The position numbers and the translations under genes are program-made. The notes beneath the pieces are model-generated. The model worked only from the letters and a program-made list of their open reading frames with translations. It had not been told where the DNA came from and did no database searches. Shown here piece after piece: positions 11,847 to 24,114 of a stretch of 64,000 bases of DNA (position 1 is its first letter; each line of letters starts with the position of its first letter). The DNA comes from Octopus bimaculoides (taxonomy: Eukaryota). The stretch covers positions 92,736,722 to 92,800,721 of the forward strand of contig NC_068986.1 of NCBI RefSeq assembly GCF_001194135.2. The letters are read 5' to 3'.

Positions 11847-12533
11847 AATGTCAACCAATAAGAATGAGTGCTCAACAGCCACTACATTGGTGGATAAAAT
11901 TTCTTTATTTGTGTATGATGGCTACTGTTGGTTTCATGTTAAGAAAAAATATGTTAATATCTTAACAATTTTTCAAGCTGATCCAGAGTCTTGAAGGATT
12001 TTAGTCAAACAAATCAACTCCAGGACTTATTTTTTAAGCCTAGTACTTATTCTATTGGTCTCTTTTGCCAAACTGCTAAGTTACAGGGACATAAACACAC
12101 CAACACCGGTTGGCAAGTGGTGATAGGGAGACAAGCACAGACACAAAGACACACACACAGATATATGCATACATCATCATCATCATCATCATGTATGTAT
12201 ATATCTGTGTGTCTTTGCGTCTATGTTTGTCTCCCCTATTACCACTTCTCAACTGGTGTTGGTGTGTTTGTCCCCGTAACTTAGCAGTTTTATATATATA
12301 TGTATACAATGGGCTTCTTTCAGTTTCCATCTACTAAATCCACTAACAAGGCTTTGGTTGGCCCAAGGCTATAGTAGAAAACACTTGTCTAGAGTACCAT
12401 ACAGTGGGACTAAACCTCAAACTATGTTGTTGGGAAGCAAGCTTCTTACCACACAGCCCCATCTGAGCTATATATATATATATATATATTTAAAGCACTT
12501 CCACAGAAAGGAACACAGAAAGAAACAAGGAGA

Positions 12534-12575
<42 letters not shown>

Positions 12576-12829
12576 NNNNNNNNNNNNNNNNNNNNNNNNN
12601 NNNNNNNNNNNNNNNNNNNNNNNNNNNNNNNNNNNNNNNNNNNNNNNNNNNNNNNNNNNNNNNNNNATACAAATGACGAAGACAGATGTATGAACAACAA
12701 GGTGTATTAATTAGACACTCGGGAAAGTGAGAAAGCCTTTTACATTTCGAGCCTATGCTCTTCAACAGAAAGGAATAAGAGAAAATAAACAGAGAGAAAA
12801 TAAAAAAAACTTGTGTATTTAGCAATATA

Positions 12830-12875
<46 letters not shown>

Positions 12876-12929
12876 ATTAATTGATCATAATCATTTCTTA
12901 ATAATAATAATGGATGTATTTGATTACAG

Positions 12930-13075
12930 TGAAAGAGATGGTGAGCTCATTGAACGGTACAAACACAAGTGGACTGTCCCTTTACAGGATGTACGGCTAA
13001 AGTCCAGCTGTAGCATGCTACCCAAGATGAAATCTCCATATACACTGACAGAACCATATGGCTTCCAAAGAATTG
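12930..13075 (+). CDS. ARHGEF10: RhoGEF exon 7 (PH)
   Basis: ttacag|T GAA...ATT G|gtaagg; 146 nt, phase 2-1; ERDGELIERYKHKWTVPLQDV...YGFQRI. Confidence 0.9.
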
Positions 13076-13164
13076 GTAAGGTTTTGGTGATACCCCACCT
13101 CATTTGGCACTACAAATATCTGAGTTTTTTTGAAGAACGTAAGAATAGCTTAACCTCTGGAGCA

Positions 13165-13560
13165 ACCCTTGAGGGTAGCCTGTTGAGTGATACATGAGAG
13201 TAGCTTAATTTGTTGAGTGATACTTGAATATAGTTCAGATGTTACTGTTGAATGCTACTGGTTTTGTTGAGTGATGCATGAGAGTAGCTTGAAGATAACT
13301 GAGCTTGTTGAGTGACACTTGAGGGTGGATTATCTTGTTGAATGAAACTTAACAGTAGTGATACTTGTTGAGTGATACTTGAGAGTATATTATTTTGTTG
13401 AGTGATACTTGAAGGTAGTTTAGCTTGTTGAGAGATACTTAATGGTAGCTTAGCTTACTAAGTTATACTTGAGGACAGATTATTCTGTTGCATGATAACT
13501 GAAGGTAGCTAAGCTTATTGAGTGATACTTAAGTCTCACTTATTGAACGAACTCGAAGGT
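13165..13560. repeat. 30-bp minisatellite, about 12 degenerate units
   Basis: Consensus close to TAGCTTGTTGAGTGATACTTGAGGGTAGCT; exact 30-nt register from 13301 to 13530. Confidence 0.9.
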
Positions 13561-13774
13561 AGGTTAATCTATCTTCTCTTTCTCTTTCTTTCTTTCTCTC
13601 ACTCCCTTTCTCAGTTTGCTTCTCTTTCTCTGTCTCTCTCTGTTTCTCTTGTTCTCTGTCGTTTGCTGTCAACAATTGTTTTTCTTTCACTCTTTCTTCC
13701 TCTATCCCAACCTTTCAGTCTATTTATCTCTTTATCTGTCTGTCTGTTTATTAATTTGTTTATTAAAATTTCAG

Positions 13775-13890
13775 ACTCTAAAAGTAAAAATGTAGAAGAC
13801 ATTTATGAAGAGATCTATGCAATGAATCACGATTATAGTATATGGAGCCAAATGCACAACCTTGCTTCGTCCCTCAAACTAACATATGAA
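13775..13890 (+). CDS. ARHGEF10: RhoGEF exon 8
   Basis: tttcag|AC TCT...GAA|gtaagt; 116 nt, phase 1-0; DSKSKNVEDIYEEIYAMNHDYSIWSQMHNLASSLKLTYE. Confidence 0.9.
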
Positions 13891-13932
13891 GTAAGTCATA
13901 CTTTTCTCCCTGTAAAAGCACTGAACTTAATG

Positions 13933-14620
13933 CAACGTTTCTCAACCGGGGTTTCCCAGAACCCTAGGGTTCCGCAAAAGGTCCCTAGGGTTTCTGCAAG
14001 AAAGAGTGAGATAAGCTAATGCTAACTTCATGATCGTCATAATATATATCATTATCATCATCATCGTTTAATGTCTGCCTTCCATACTGGCATAGGTTGG
14101 ACAGTTTGACTGAGGACTGGTGAGCCAGAAGGCTGCACCAGGCTCCAGTCTGATTTGGCAGAGTTTCTACAGCTGGATGCCCTTACTAATGCCAACCACT
14201 CTGAGAGTGTAGTGGGTGCTTTTACGTGCTACTGGCACGAAGGCCAGTCAGATGGTACTGGCAACAGCCACGCTCGAAATGGTGTTTTTTACATGCCACC
14301 TGCACAGGAGCCAGTCCAGCAGCACTGGCAACAACCTTGCTCGAATGTGTTTTCATGTGCCACCGGCAGAAGTGCCAGTAAGGTGACACTGGTAACGAGC
14401 ACGCTCAAATGATGTTAATTACGTGCCACTGGCATGGAAGCCAGACAGTTGCTCTGGCAATGATCACGCTCGGACGCTCCACTGGTACATATATATGACA
14501 TTTATCATGTGACTTATGATGCAAAAAATATGAAAAAGGTATGGTATATAATTTTTTTGTGCAGGGGTTTCTTGAGACATGTAATTTATTTTAAGGGTTA
14601 CACAAGGTTGAGAAATGCTG
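13933..14620. mobile_element. hAT-like MITE containing a nested RTE 3' UTR
   Basis: TIRs CAACGTTTCTCAACC / GGTTGAGAAATGCTG; 8-bp flanks ACTTAATG / ACCTAATA (6/8). Confidence 0.75.
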
Positions 14621-15551
14621 ACCTAATACATAACCTTGACTCATCCCTTGAGTGTGCATATGATGTGATTGTCTTTTCCTACAGAACATTGAGCCGAATG
14701 CATAACCTTGTATCATCACTCAAGCTATCATATGATGCAAATGATTGTCTCTCATTTCTTCTTATCAAATCCATTGGATGGTTTGTGGGAAGATTGGCAG
14801 AAATAAAGCCACGGCATGAATGTTCCTTTCTTGTTCCTGTCTCACACTGTAACACAATGAGCCTAACACACAATGTGTATTATTTCTCAAGTTGTCATGT
14901 GATTGTCTAATACATTGTTTACTATAATACTGTCTACTATAAAATTGCCTGCTATAATACATTAAAAGTTCATATGTAGCTGCGTGTTTGACAAGTTTGT
15001 TTTGCAGTTATAAGGCTTCAAGTTGGTTCTCTCCACAAAGCATTTTGGCCATTTGTCTTTCGTTATAAACCTACATCACTCACAAATTTTAAGACTGTAC
15101 CCCTGCATAGCCAAATTTCAATGACTGAATCCAGTAAATGAATCCTGGAAACATGATATCTGTAACTATTGTTCTGTCTATCTGTCTGTCTGTCTCTCTC
15201 TCTCTCTCACCTCCCCCACACCCATACACACACATTTTTTCTTTCTCTCCCACTCATATACACTCTGTTACTCAGGCACAATTACTCTCATGTGCTCACA
15301 CACACACACTCTCTCTTCCTCCCACTCTTTCCTATTTTTCTCTCTTCTACTCTCTTTCTCTCCCTCTCTCCCTCTCTTTCTCATTCTCTTTCTCTCTCTT
15401 ACACATACTCTCTCTTATACAAACTGTCTCTCTCAATCTCTAATACACACTCATTTTCTCTATCTTATACACACACACACACTCTTTCTCTCTCTTTTAC
15501 ACATATTCTATCTCTTATTCTCTTTCTCTCTCTTACACATACTATCTCTAA

Positions 15552-15583
<32 letters not shown>

Positions 15584-15756
15584 TATACACACATGCTTTC
15601 TCTATCTTACACACAAACACACACACTCTCCCTCTCTCTTGCCCACACAGTCACCCAGCCACTAATACCCCACCTCACTCACAATTGTTTTGCTCTCTTG
15701 TTGTTAACTCAGTCATTAACCAGTAACTATTGTTGTTATGCGTCTACATCCACCAG

Positions 15757-15875
15757 GTCCTTAACGAAGAGTTAATCAATGGTATATTGAGTGACCTTCA
15801 GCACCGAATTCAAGTCCAAACTGAACAAGTCCAGCTTGTGAATAACTGTATCATAGAACTGGAGATTCCTGACAA
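15757..15875 (+). CDS. ARHGEF10: RhoGEF exon 9
   Basis: caccag|GTC...GAC AA|gtaggt; 119 nt, phase 0-2; VLNEELINGILSDLQHRIQVQTEQVQLVNNCIIELEIPD. Confidence 0.88.
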
Positions 15876-17047
15876 GTAGGTCTAAAGTCTTTTATTACTC
15901 ATTTACTCTTTTACTGCTTTCAGTCATTTGACTGCGGCCATGCTGGAGCACCGCCTTTAGTCGAGCAAATTGACCCCAGGACTTATTCTTTTGTAAGCCT
16001 TGTACTTATTCTATCGGTCTCTTTTTGCTGAACTGCTAAGTTACAGGGACGTAAACATACCAGCATCGGTTGTCAAGTGATGTTGGGGGGACAGACACAC
16101 AAACACACATACATCATCTATATACATATATACGATGGGCTTCTTTCAGTTTCCATCGACCAAATCCACTCACAAGGCTTTGGTCAGCTCGAGGCTATAG
16201 TAGAAGACACTTGCCGAAGGTGCCACGCAGTAGGACTGAACCCGGGAACCATGTGGTTGGTAAGCAAGCTACTTACTACACAGCCACTCCTGCGCCTATA
16301 TTTATTAATATTTTCTCTTTAATTCTTCGTCACATTTGGTGAAAATGATGCTGCTGTCAAGGATGAAGGACTCTTGTTCCTATTCAAATTTTAAACAGTC
16401 TGTTGATGGAGTCTCTAAAATGCTATATGAAAAAATGGCTTGACCCCTAAATCCCAAAACAGCACATGAGACCTTGTTTATTATTGATTTATTGATCATA
16501 TGAGATCCTAAACCAAGGTGCCATGTAAAAAACATTGGTATGGGTGCTGGTGCCACTTAAAAAGCACTGGTAATAGTGCCATGTGAAAAGCATCCAGTAC
16601 ACTCTGTGGAGTGGTTGTTAACAGGAAGGGCATGAAGCCATAGAAACCAAGCCAAAACAGACTATGAAACCGATGTGGCCACTTGCCTTACCAGTTCCTG
16701 TCATGCTGTCCAATCCATGCTAGCATGGAAAACAGACATTAAATGTTGATGATGCTGATGATGATGAATATCATCATCATCATCATCACTGTTCCAGGGT
16801 AATATGGTAATGGTCAACTGTGAATCATGTTACGCTTATCGTGGATGGATGGATAGATGCATTGGATGGATGGACAGACAAAATTTCGTGTTTATTATCA
16901 TAGACTCTTCAATTGAGTCAAATACAATTCTGATTATGTAAAAGAAAGAAAGGAAGCTGGGTTGATGACCTTCAAATTTGGTTTTGTTTTATTGTTGTTA
17001 TTGTGTATGTTTCAATTTATTTAGATTTCAATTTTGTTTTGTTTCAG

Positions 17048-17139
17048 ATCAGGAAAAGTTTGTGAAGTTTTCCAGACATGGACTCCAACAATGAAACAAC
17101 ATTGGTGCCTGGATTTGGCCATTGCCAAATTAGCATTAA
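17048..17139 (+). CDS. ARHGEF10: RhoGEF exon 10
   Basis: tttcag|A TCA...TTA A|gtatga; 92 nt, phase 2-1; KSGKVCEVFQTWTPTMKQHWCLDLAIAKLAL. Confidence 0.88.
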
Positions 17140-17164
17140 GTATGAAAAATCACACTTTATCTGC

Positions 17165-17214
<50 letters not shown>

Positions 17215-17449
17215 NNNNNNNNNNNNNNNNNNNNNNNNNNNNNNNNNNNNNNNNNNNNNNNNNNNNNNNNNNNNNNNNNNNNNNNNNNNNNNNNNNNNNN
17301 NNNNNNNNNNNNNNNNNNNNNNNNNNNNNNNNNNNNNNNNNNNNNNNNNNNNNNNNNNNNNNNNNNNNNNNNNNNNNNNNNNNNNNNNNNNNNNNNNNNN
17401 NNNNNNNNNNNNNNNNNNNNNNNNNNNNNNNNNNNNNNNNNNNNNNNNN

Positions 17450-17608
17450 CATCAGAAATATAGAAAAAGTCCAAAGAAGGGAAGACGGAGAAAGAAAATT
17501 GTCAACGATGCACACGCAGTCACATCGTTGGCGATTTTCTTTCTCCGTCTTCCCTTCTTTGGACTTTTTCTATATTTCTGATGAAGAGCTCAGCTCAAAA
17601 CGTGAAAT
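17450..17608. repeat. Near-perfect 61-bp-arm hairpin ending in a degenerate hammerhead motif
   Basis: 17450-17510 pairs with 17523-17583; then attt-CTGATGA-A-GAGC-TCA-GCTC-AAAA-CG-TG-aaat. Confidence 0.85.
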
Positions 17609-17890
17609 CCTCTTTCTTTTCTTTCCTTTCCTGAGCGTCCAATAACACTGTACTTGTACCACATCCTCGCATTGTTTGGATTGACTATATACCGCCCGCT
17701 CACATGGACCTCAGCCTTCTGACTGACTTTGGAGATACCTAATTCCTGGAATTCTTGTACCTCTGGATTACTGTTCCTGTTCATTCGGATTACACCACTC
17801 TACACCTTGAGTGGAAATCATTTATACATACATACATGCACACACACACATACACACATACTCACACACACACAAACACACACACATACT

Positions 17891-17924
<34 letters not shown>

Positions 17925-18484
17925 TGTATATAAGGAGATGAATAAGAGAAAATGGATCGAACAACATTCTTTATTTCATATCACTACAATTGTTTCAACA
18001 TGCTTTAAACACCCGTAATACATTGATGAGATGATATTGTCAACATATTGTGTAATCACTCTCCTTCATCAAAGGGGCAAACTGTGTTTTTCCATTGGTT
18101 ATTTTGAATATACTCTTTGTTAGATCGTACTGTCATTTCACTCTACAAAAATAAATACACAAAGCAGGGTGCTATTTTCAGCCTCGGGTATATAATTTTT
18201 AGCAAGTTTATTTTCTAGAATGGGTGGAGATTATTGTTTACGTAGGTCCAGACACCCCAGAAAAACAACTTGCTGAAAACTATAAAAAGCCAAAATGAAA
18301 CAAAGTATAGAACAGTCTGTTGAAGGTTGGCAGGTTGGAAAGTCACAGTTACCCCACTTGTAAAAGTCTAAAGAAAAATATGTACTCTGCTAAAAAGTTT
18401 TGAATAATTCAGTTCAATGCTAAATTGCTTTTATTATAACTTCACATAAAAGCAAACATTAATAAATACATATATATGTGTATC

Positions 18485-19400
18485 ATCATCATCATCATCA
18501 TCGTTTAACGTCCGCTTTCCATGCTAGCATGGATTGGATGATTTGACTGAGGACTGGTGAACCGGATGGCTGCACTAGGCTCCAATCTGATTTGGCAGAG
18601 TTTCTACAGCTGGATGCCCTTCCTAACACCAACCACTCCAAGAGTGTAGTGGGTACTTTTATGTGCCACCGGTACGAAGGCCAGTCAGGCGGTACTGGTA
18701 ATGGCCATGCTCAAAATGGTGCATTTTACGTGCCACTGCACAGGAGCCAGTTCAGCGGCACTGGCAACGACCTCGCTCGAATGTCTTTTCACGTGCCACC
18801 GGCACAAGTGCTAGTAAAGCGACGCTGGTAACGATCACACTCAAATGGTGCTATTTACGTGCCACTGGCATGGAAGCCAGACAGCTGTTCTGGCAACGAT
18901 CACGCATGGACGGTGCTCTTAGCGCTCCACTGGTACAGGTGCCATCACGATTTCGCTTTCACTTGCCCCAACAGGTCTTTGCAAGCTGAGTTTAGTGTCC
19001 AATGAAGGAAAGGTACACATAAGTGGGCTGGCTACACCCCTGGCAGAGGCCTTGGATTGTGGCCTCACTTGGCTTGCCGGGTCTTCTCACGCACAGCATA
19101 TTTCCAAAGGTCTCGGTCACAAGTCATTGCCTCGGTGAGGTCAAATTTTCGAAGGTCGTGCTTCACCACCTCATGCCAGGTCTTCCTGGGTCTACCTCTT
19201 CCACAGGTTCCCTCAACCGCTAGGGTGTGGCACTTTTTCACGCAGCTATCCTCATCCATTCTCACCATATGTCCATACCAGCGCAATCATCTCTCTTGCA
19301 CACCACAAGTGATACTTCTTAGGTCTAACTTTTCTCTCAAGGTACTTACACTCTGTCTAGTATGCACACTGACATTACACATCCATCAGAGCATAATGGC
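18485..19400 (-). mobile_element. 3' fragment of an RTE-type non-LTR retrotransposon (ORF end, 3' UTR, (GAT)n tail)
   Basis: RLRWYGHMVRMDEDSCVKKC...GRGRPRKTW...DL...DRDLWK motif at 19065-19290. UTR-only or shorter copies at about 9765-9960(-), 14050-14490(-), 16540-16770(+), 19430-19645(+), 22120-22530(+), 23465-23770(-), 41645-42140(-), 45780-45960(-), 48085-48250(-). Confidence 0.85.
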
Positions 19401-20238
19401 TTCATTCCTTGTGAGTTTATGCAAGATGGGTTCTGGCACCATGTAAAAGCCCCCATGCCAGAGCTGCATGAGAGTACCCAGTACACTTTGTAAAGTGGTT
19501 TGCATTAGGTAGGGCATCCTGCTGTAGAAAACATGCCAAAGACAGGCATGGAGCCTGGGCAGTTCTTCAGCTAGCTAGCTCTTGTCAAGCTGTCCAGCCT
19601 ATGCCAGCATGGAAAATGGATGTTAAATGATGATGATGATGATGAGAGTGATATATATTGTAACCTATATTTGTCTTTCTTCTAAAATAATTTTGGCCTT
19701 ATAGCATAAACAAAGAAGTGGTAGTGAGACGAAGAACGTGCGCTTAACTAAGATAACTGTGTATATATTTAGATGTAATAGCACTACAAAGAAATCATGT
19801 ATTTATGAGGTGGGAGTGTGAAAGTGAATAAGAAAGTATCAGGTTTGTGGTTATACAAAGCAGCAAGTTAAGGAAAGGGGAAGGGGTGAATGTATTAAAT
19901 TTTACAGGGATGTTGAGGAAGAGAAAAGAAGAAAAATTATAGGTAAGTTGGAGGAGGACACATATTAACTGCACAAGGAAAACTGCTGATGGCTACTTTA
20001 ATAAAGTAGAGCACAAACATGTTTAAGATTCAATAATTTCAAGGTTTTATTATTTTCTATTTTTATTTATTTGTTAATGTGAGAAAATAACGATTCATCG
20101 GTAGGCTTCATTTCTCCTGTGAAATACATTTGAAGTAAACTTGTAACACAAAATCTTTTGCGCACACATTTATATATACATATACATGTATATATGTATG
20201 TATGATGTATATATATATATATGTATTTGTGTATGTAT

Positions 20239-20278
<40 letters not shown>

Positions 20279-21383
20279 NNNNNNNNNNNNNNNNNNNNNN
20301 NNNNNNNNNNNNNNNNNNNNNNNNNNNNNNNNNNNNNNNNNNNNNNNNNNNNNNNNNNNNNNNNNNNNNNNNNNNNNNNNNNNNNNNNNNNNNNNNNNNN
20401 NNNNNNNNNNNNNNNNNNNNNNNNNNNNNNNNNNNNNNNNNNNNNNNNNNNNNNNNNNNNNNNNNNNNNNNNNNNNNNNNNNNNNNNNNNNNNNNNNNNN
20501 NNNNNNNNNNNNNNNNNNNNNNNNNNNNNNNNNNNNNNNNNNNNNNNNNNNNNNNNNNNNNNNNNNNNNNNNNNNNNNNNNNNNNNNNNNNNNNNNNNNN
20601 NNNNNNNNNNNNNNNNNNNNNNNNNNNNNNNNNNNNNNNNNNNNNNNNNNNNNNNNNNNNNNNNNNNNNNNNNNNNNNNNNNNNNNNNNNNNNNNNNNNN
20701 NNNNNNNNNNNNNNNNNNNNNNNNNNNNNNNNNNNNNNNNNNNNNNNNNNNNNNNNNNNNNNNNNNNNNNNNNNNNNNNNNNNNNNNNNNNNNNNNNNNN
20801 NNNNNNNNNNNNNNNNNNNNNNNNNNNNNNNNNNNNNNNNNNNNNNNNNNNNNNNNNNNNNNNNNNNNNNNNNNNNNNNNNNNNNNNNNNNNNNNNNNNN
20901 NNNNNNNNNNNNNNNNNNNNNNNNNNNNNNNNNNNNNNNNNNNNNNNNNNNNNNNNNNNNNNNNNNNNNNNNNNNNNNNNNNNNNNNNNNNNNNNNNNNN
21001 NNNNNNNNNNNNNNNNNNNNNNNNNNNNNNNNNNNNNNNNNNNNNNNNNNNNNNNNNNNNNNNNNNNNNNNNNNNNNNNNNNNNNNNNNNNNNNNNNNNN
21101 NNNNNNNNNNNNNNNNNNNNNNNNNNNNNGAACCATGCTGCGTACTGATTCGTGCTTCATATGTTGTCTGGTCAATTCTGCTGACGATAGTCCGACCTTG
21201 TAAGATATAATCTTTATCTTACTAAAATTGACTTGAAACCATGGTACAGAATATAGATTGGTAAAAGTTTTTATTTTTCATTTCCTTTCGAAATTATCCC
21301 TAACTTTTGTGGTATGTAGTATTTTTGCTGCTATTTCTAGCGAGTAGATGTCCTATTATAGGCGTCTCTACATTTCTAATGAA

Positions 21384-21414
<31 letters not shown>

Positions 21415-21491
21415 GTACACACACACACATACACACACACACACACACGCACTCATACGTATATGTACATATCTCCCTTTCTTCTCTCTAG

Positions 21492-21610
21492 GTCCTCAAA
21501 ACCAACCTGGCTGGGATGTACCAGTTTTAAACACTGATCAGCTGACCGAGAGCCTTTCTGCCTTCCATGTTAGTTCCTTAGCCATTGACGTGTCAACCCA
21601 CATGAGTCAG
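21492..21610 (+). CDS. ARHGEF10: RhoGEF exon 11
   Basis: ctctctag|GT CCT...CAG|gtaaga; 119 nt, phase 1-0; SPQNQPGWDVPVLNTDQLTESLSAFHVSSLAIDVSTHMSQ. The phases fit both neighbouring exons. Confidence 0.85.
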
Positions 21611-22067
21611 GTAAGACCAACATGCTTGGACATTTACTCCTTGTGTCTATCTTACATTTAACCTACTCCTCATCCTAGCTCCAAACAACATACAATGTAC
21701 TACAAACTACAATTTCTCTCTACTTCATACAAAGCTCAACCTTCCTATATCATCTGTTTGTTCTTATATTCTTATATTCTTCCATTCTTTTGTATTCTTT
21801 TCTTTCTTTCAGCCATTGGTCTGTAGCTATGGTGGGATACTTCTTTGAAGAGTTTGGTTAAATTTTAAAAAATCAACCCCAATTTTTACATTATTTAGAA
21901 ATTTAAAGTCTGGTAATTAATGTTATCAGACTCCTTTTCTGAATAGCTAAGTTAAGGGAAAGGGCTATAAACAAACCAACCCTGGTTGTCAAATGGTTGT
22001 GGTGCTGGAGGTCAAACACAAAGACACACACACACATGCATATATATATTTACACTCACATGCACAC

Positions 22068-22098
<31 letters not shown>

Positions 22099-23944
22099 TG
22101 TATGTATGTATGTATGTATGTGCTGACAGCTCCTTAAAGAAGTGTCAAGCTCTCACAGTTGATGGAACATGTAGAAGAGGGAGACTCTGGGAGACATTGG
22201 AGAAAGTACTGAAAGATGATCTCAGAACGCTGAACCTTTCAGACAAGATGACAAAGGACCAAGATACCTGGCACCTTGCTATACTCAGGAAGACCAGTAC
22301 TCCATAGCAAAAGTGCTAAGGCCACACATCTTGGTCATGCTTGTGTGGTGTCATGTAAAAGCACCAAACACACTCTTTAAAATGGTTGTTGTTAGGAAGG
22401 GCATCCAGCTGTAGAAACCATGCAAAATCAGACAGGAACCTGGTGCAGCTCTCCGGTTTGTCAGCTCTGGTCAAACCATCCAACCTATGCCAATATGGTA
22501 ACCAGACATTAAATGATGATTATGAGGAGGATGCATGTATGTATATATCTATATATATATATGTGAACAGAAGGTATATTGCTCAGTAGTTAGAGCTTTG
22601 GGCTCACAATCATGTGGTAGTGAGTTTGCATCCTGGACTGGGTTGTGTGTTGTGTTCTTGGATAAGACATTTTATTTCACATTACTCCAGTTCACTCAGC
22701 TGTAGAAATGAGTTGCCACGTCACTCGTGCCAAGCTGTATCAGCCTTTACTTTTCGCTTGGATAACATTGGTGGCATGGAGAGAAGAGGTTGGTATGCAT
22801 AGATGACTGCTGGTCTTCCATAAACAACCTTGCCTGGACTTGTGCCTCAGAGGGTAACTTTCTAGGTGCAATCCCATGGTCATTTATGATCAGTGGGGCT
22901 CTTTATTGGAGAGCATCTAGCCATAGAAACCTAGCCAAAGCTAGCATTGGAGCCAAACACAGCCTTCTAGCTAACTGATCTTGTTGAACCATTCAAATTA
23001 TGCCAGAATGGTATATGGATGTTAAATAATAATGATAATGATGGTAACATACATTGACACTGGGTTTCCACACAGTTTTTGTCTTCTAAATTCACTCCAA
23101 AGTCATTGGTCAGCCTGGGGCTATAGCAAAAGACACTTACCCAAGGTGCCATGCAGCGGGGCTGAAACTCAAACCACATTGTTGAGAAGTAAGCTTCTTC
23201 ATCACACAGCCATCATAGTAATAATAATCCCTTCTACTAAAGACACAAGGCCTGAAATTTTGTGAGAGGGGACTAGTGAATTACATCGAGAGGGGACTAG
23301 TCAATTACCAATGTCTCACTGGTACTTAATTTATCAACTCTGAAAGAATGAAAAGCAAAGTCGACCTTGGCAGAATTTGAACTCAGAATGTAAAGATGAA
23401 TGAAATACTGTTAAGCATTTTGCCCAGTGTGCTAATGATTCTGCCAGCTCGTCACCTTTTTAATCATCATCATCATCATCATCATCATCACCATTTAACG
23501 TCTGTTGTCCATGCTGGCATGGGTTGGATGGTTTGACCAGGGTTGGTAAGCTGGAAGGCTGCATTAGACTCCAGTCTGATTTGGCATGGTTTTCTATGGC
23601 TTGATGCCTTCCTAATGGCAACCACTCCAAGAGTGTAATGGGTGCTTTTACGTGCCACTGCCATGGGTGCCATTTTCATGACACCAGTTTCTGCCACGAC
23701 TGCGATTTTGCTTGGCTTGATAGGTCTTCTTCTCAAGTATGACATAATACCAAAGGTTTCGGTCATTGCCTTAGCAATACATATGGAAATTCCAGTTATT
23801 TTGAAAATTATATGATAAAATATTATATTTTTCTGAAATATTTGATTCTTGAGAAGATATAAAAATCCACATGGACAGTATTGAAGAGGCAATCAATCAC
23901 TCACTCACTCACTCAATGAATGAATCAATCAATTGATTAATCAC

Positions 23945-24003
<59 letters not shown>

Positions 24004-24058
24004 GTCTGGCTGTCTGTCTGTCTATCTATTTATCTGTTTATCTATCTATCTATCTATC

Positions 24059-24114
<56 letters not shown>

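Noticed and set aside
13165-13560. 30-bp and ~65-bp arrays as possible CRISPR-like repeat-spacer loci
   Set aside because: Units are head-to-tail with no unique spacers, the context is eukaryotic and intronic, and there are no cas genes.
14685-14736. Third exon-8 copy as a cassette exon (cctacag acceptor, GC donor)
   Set aside because: It is 52 nt, starts in phase 2 (neighbouring exons supply phase 0 or 1), and its AG is simply the copy of exonic TATAG. It is kept only as a decayed duplication.
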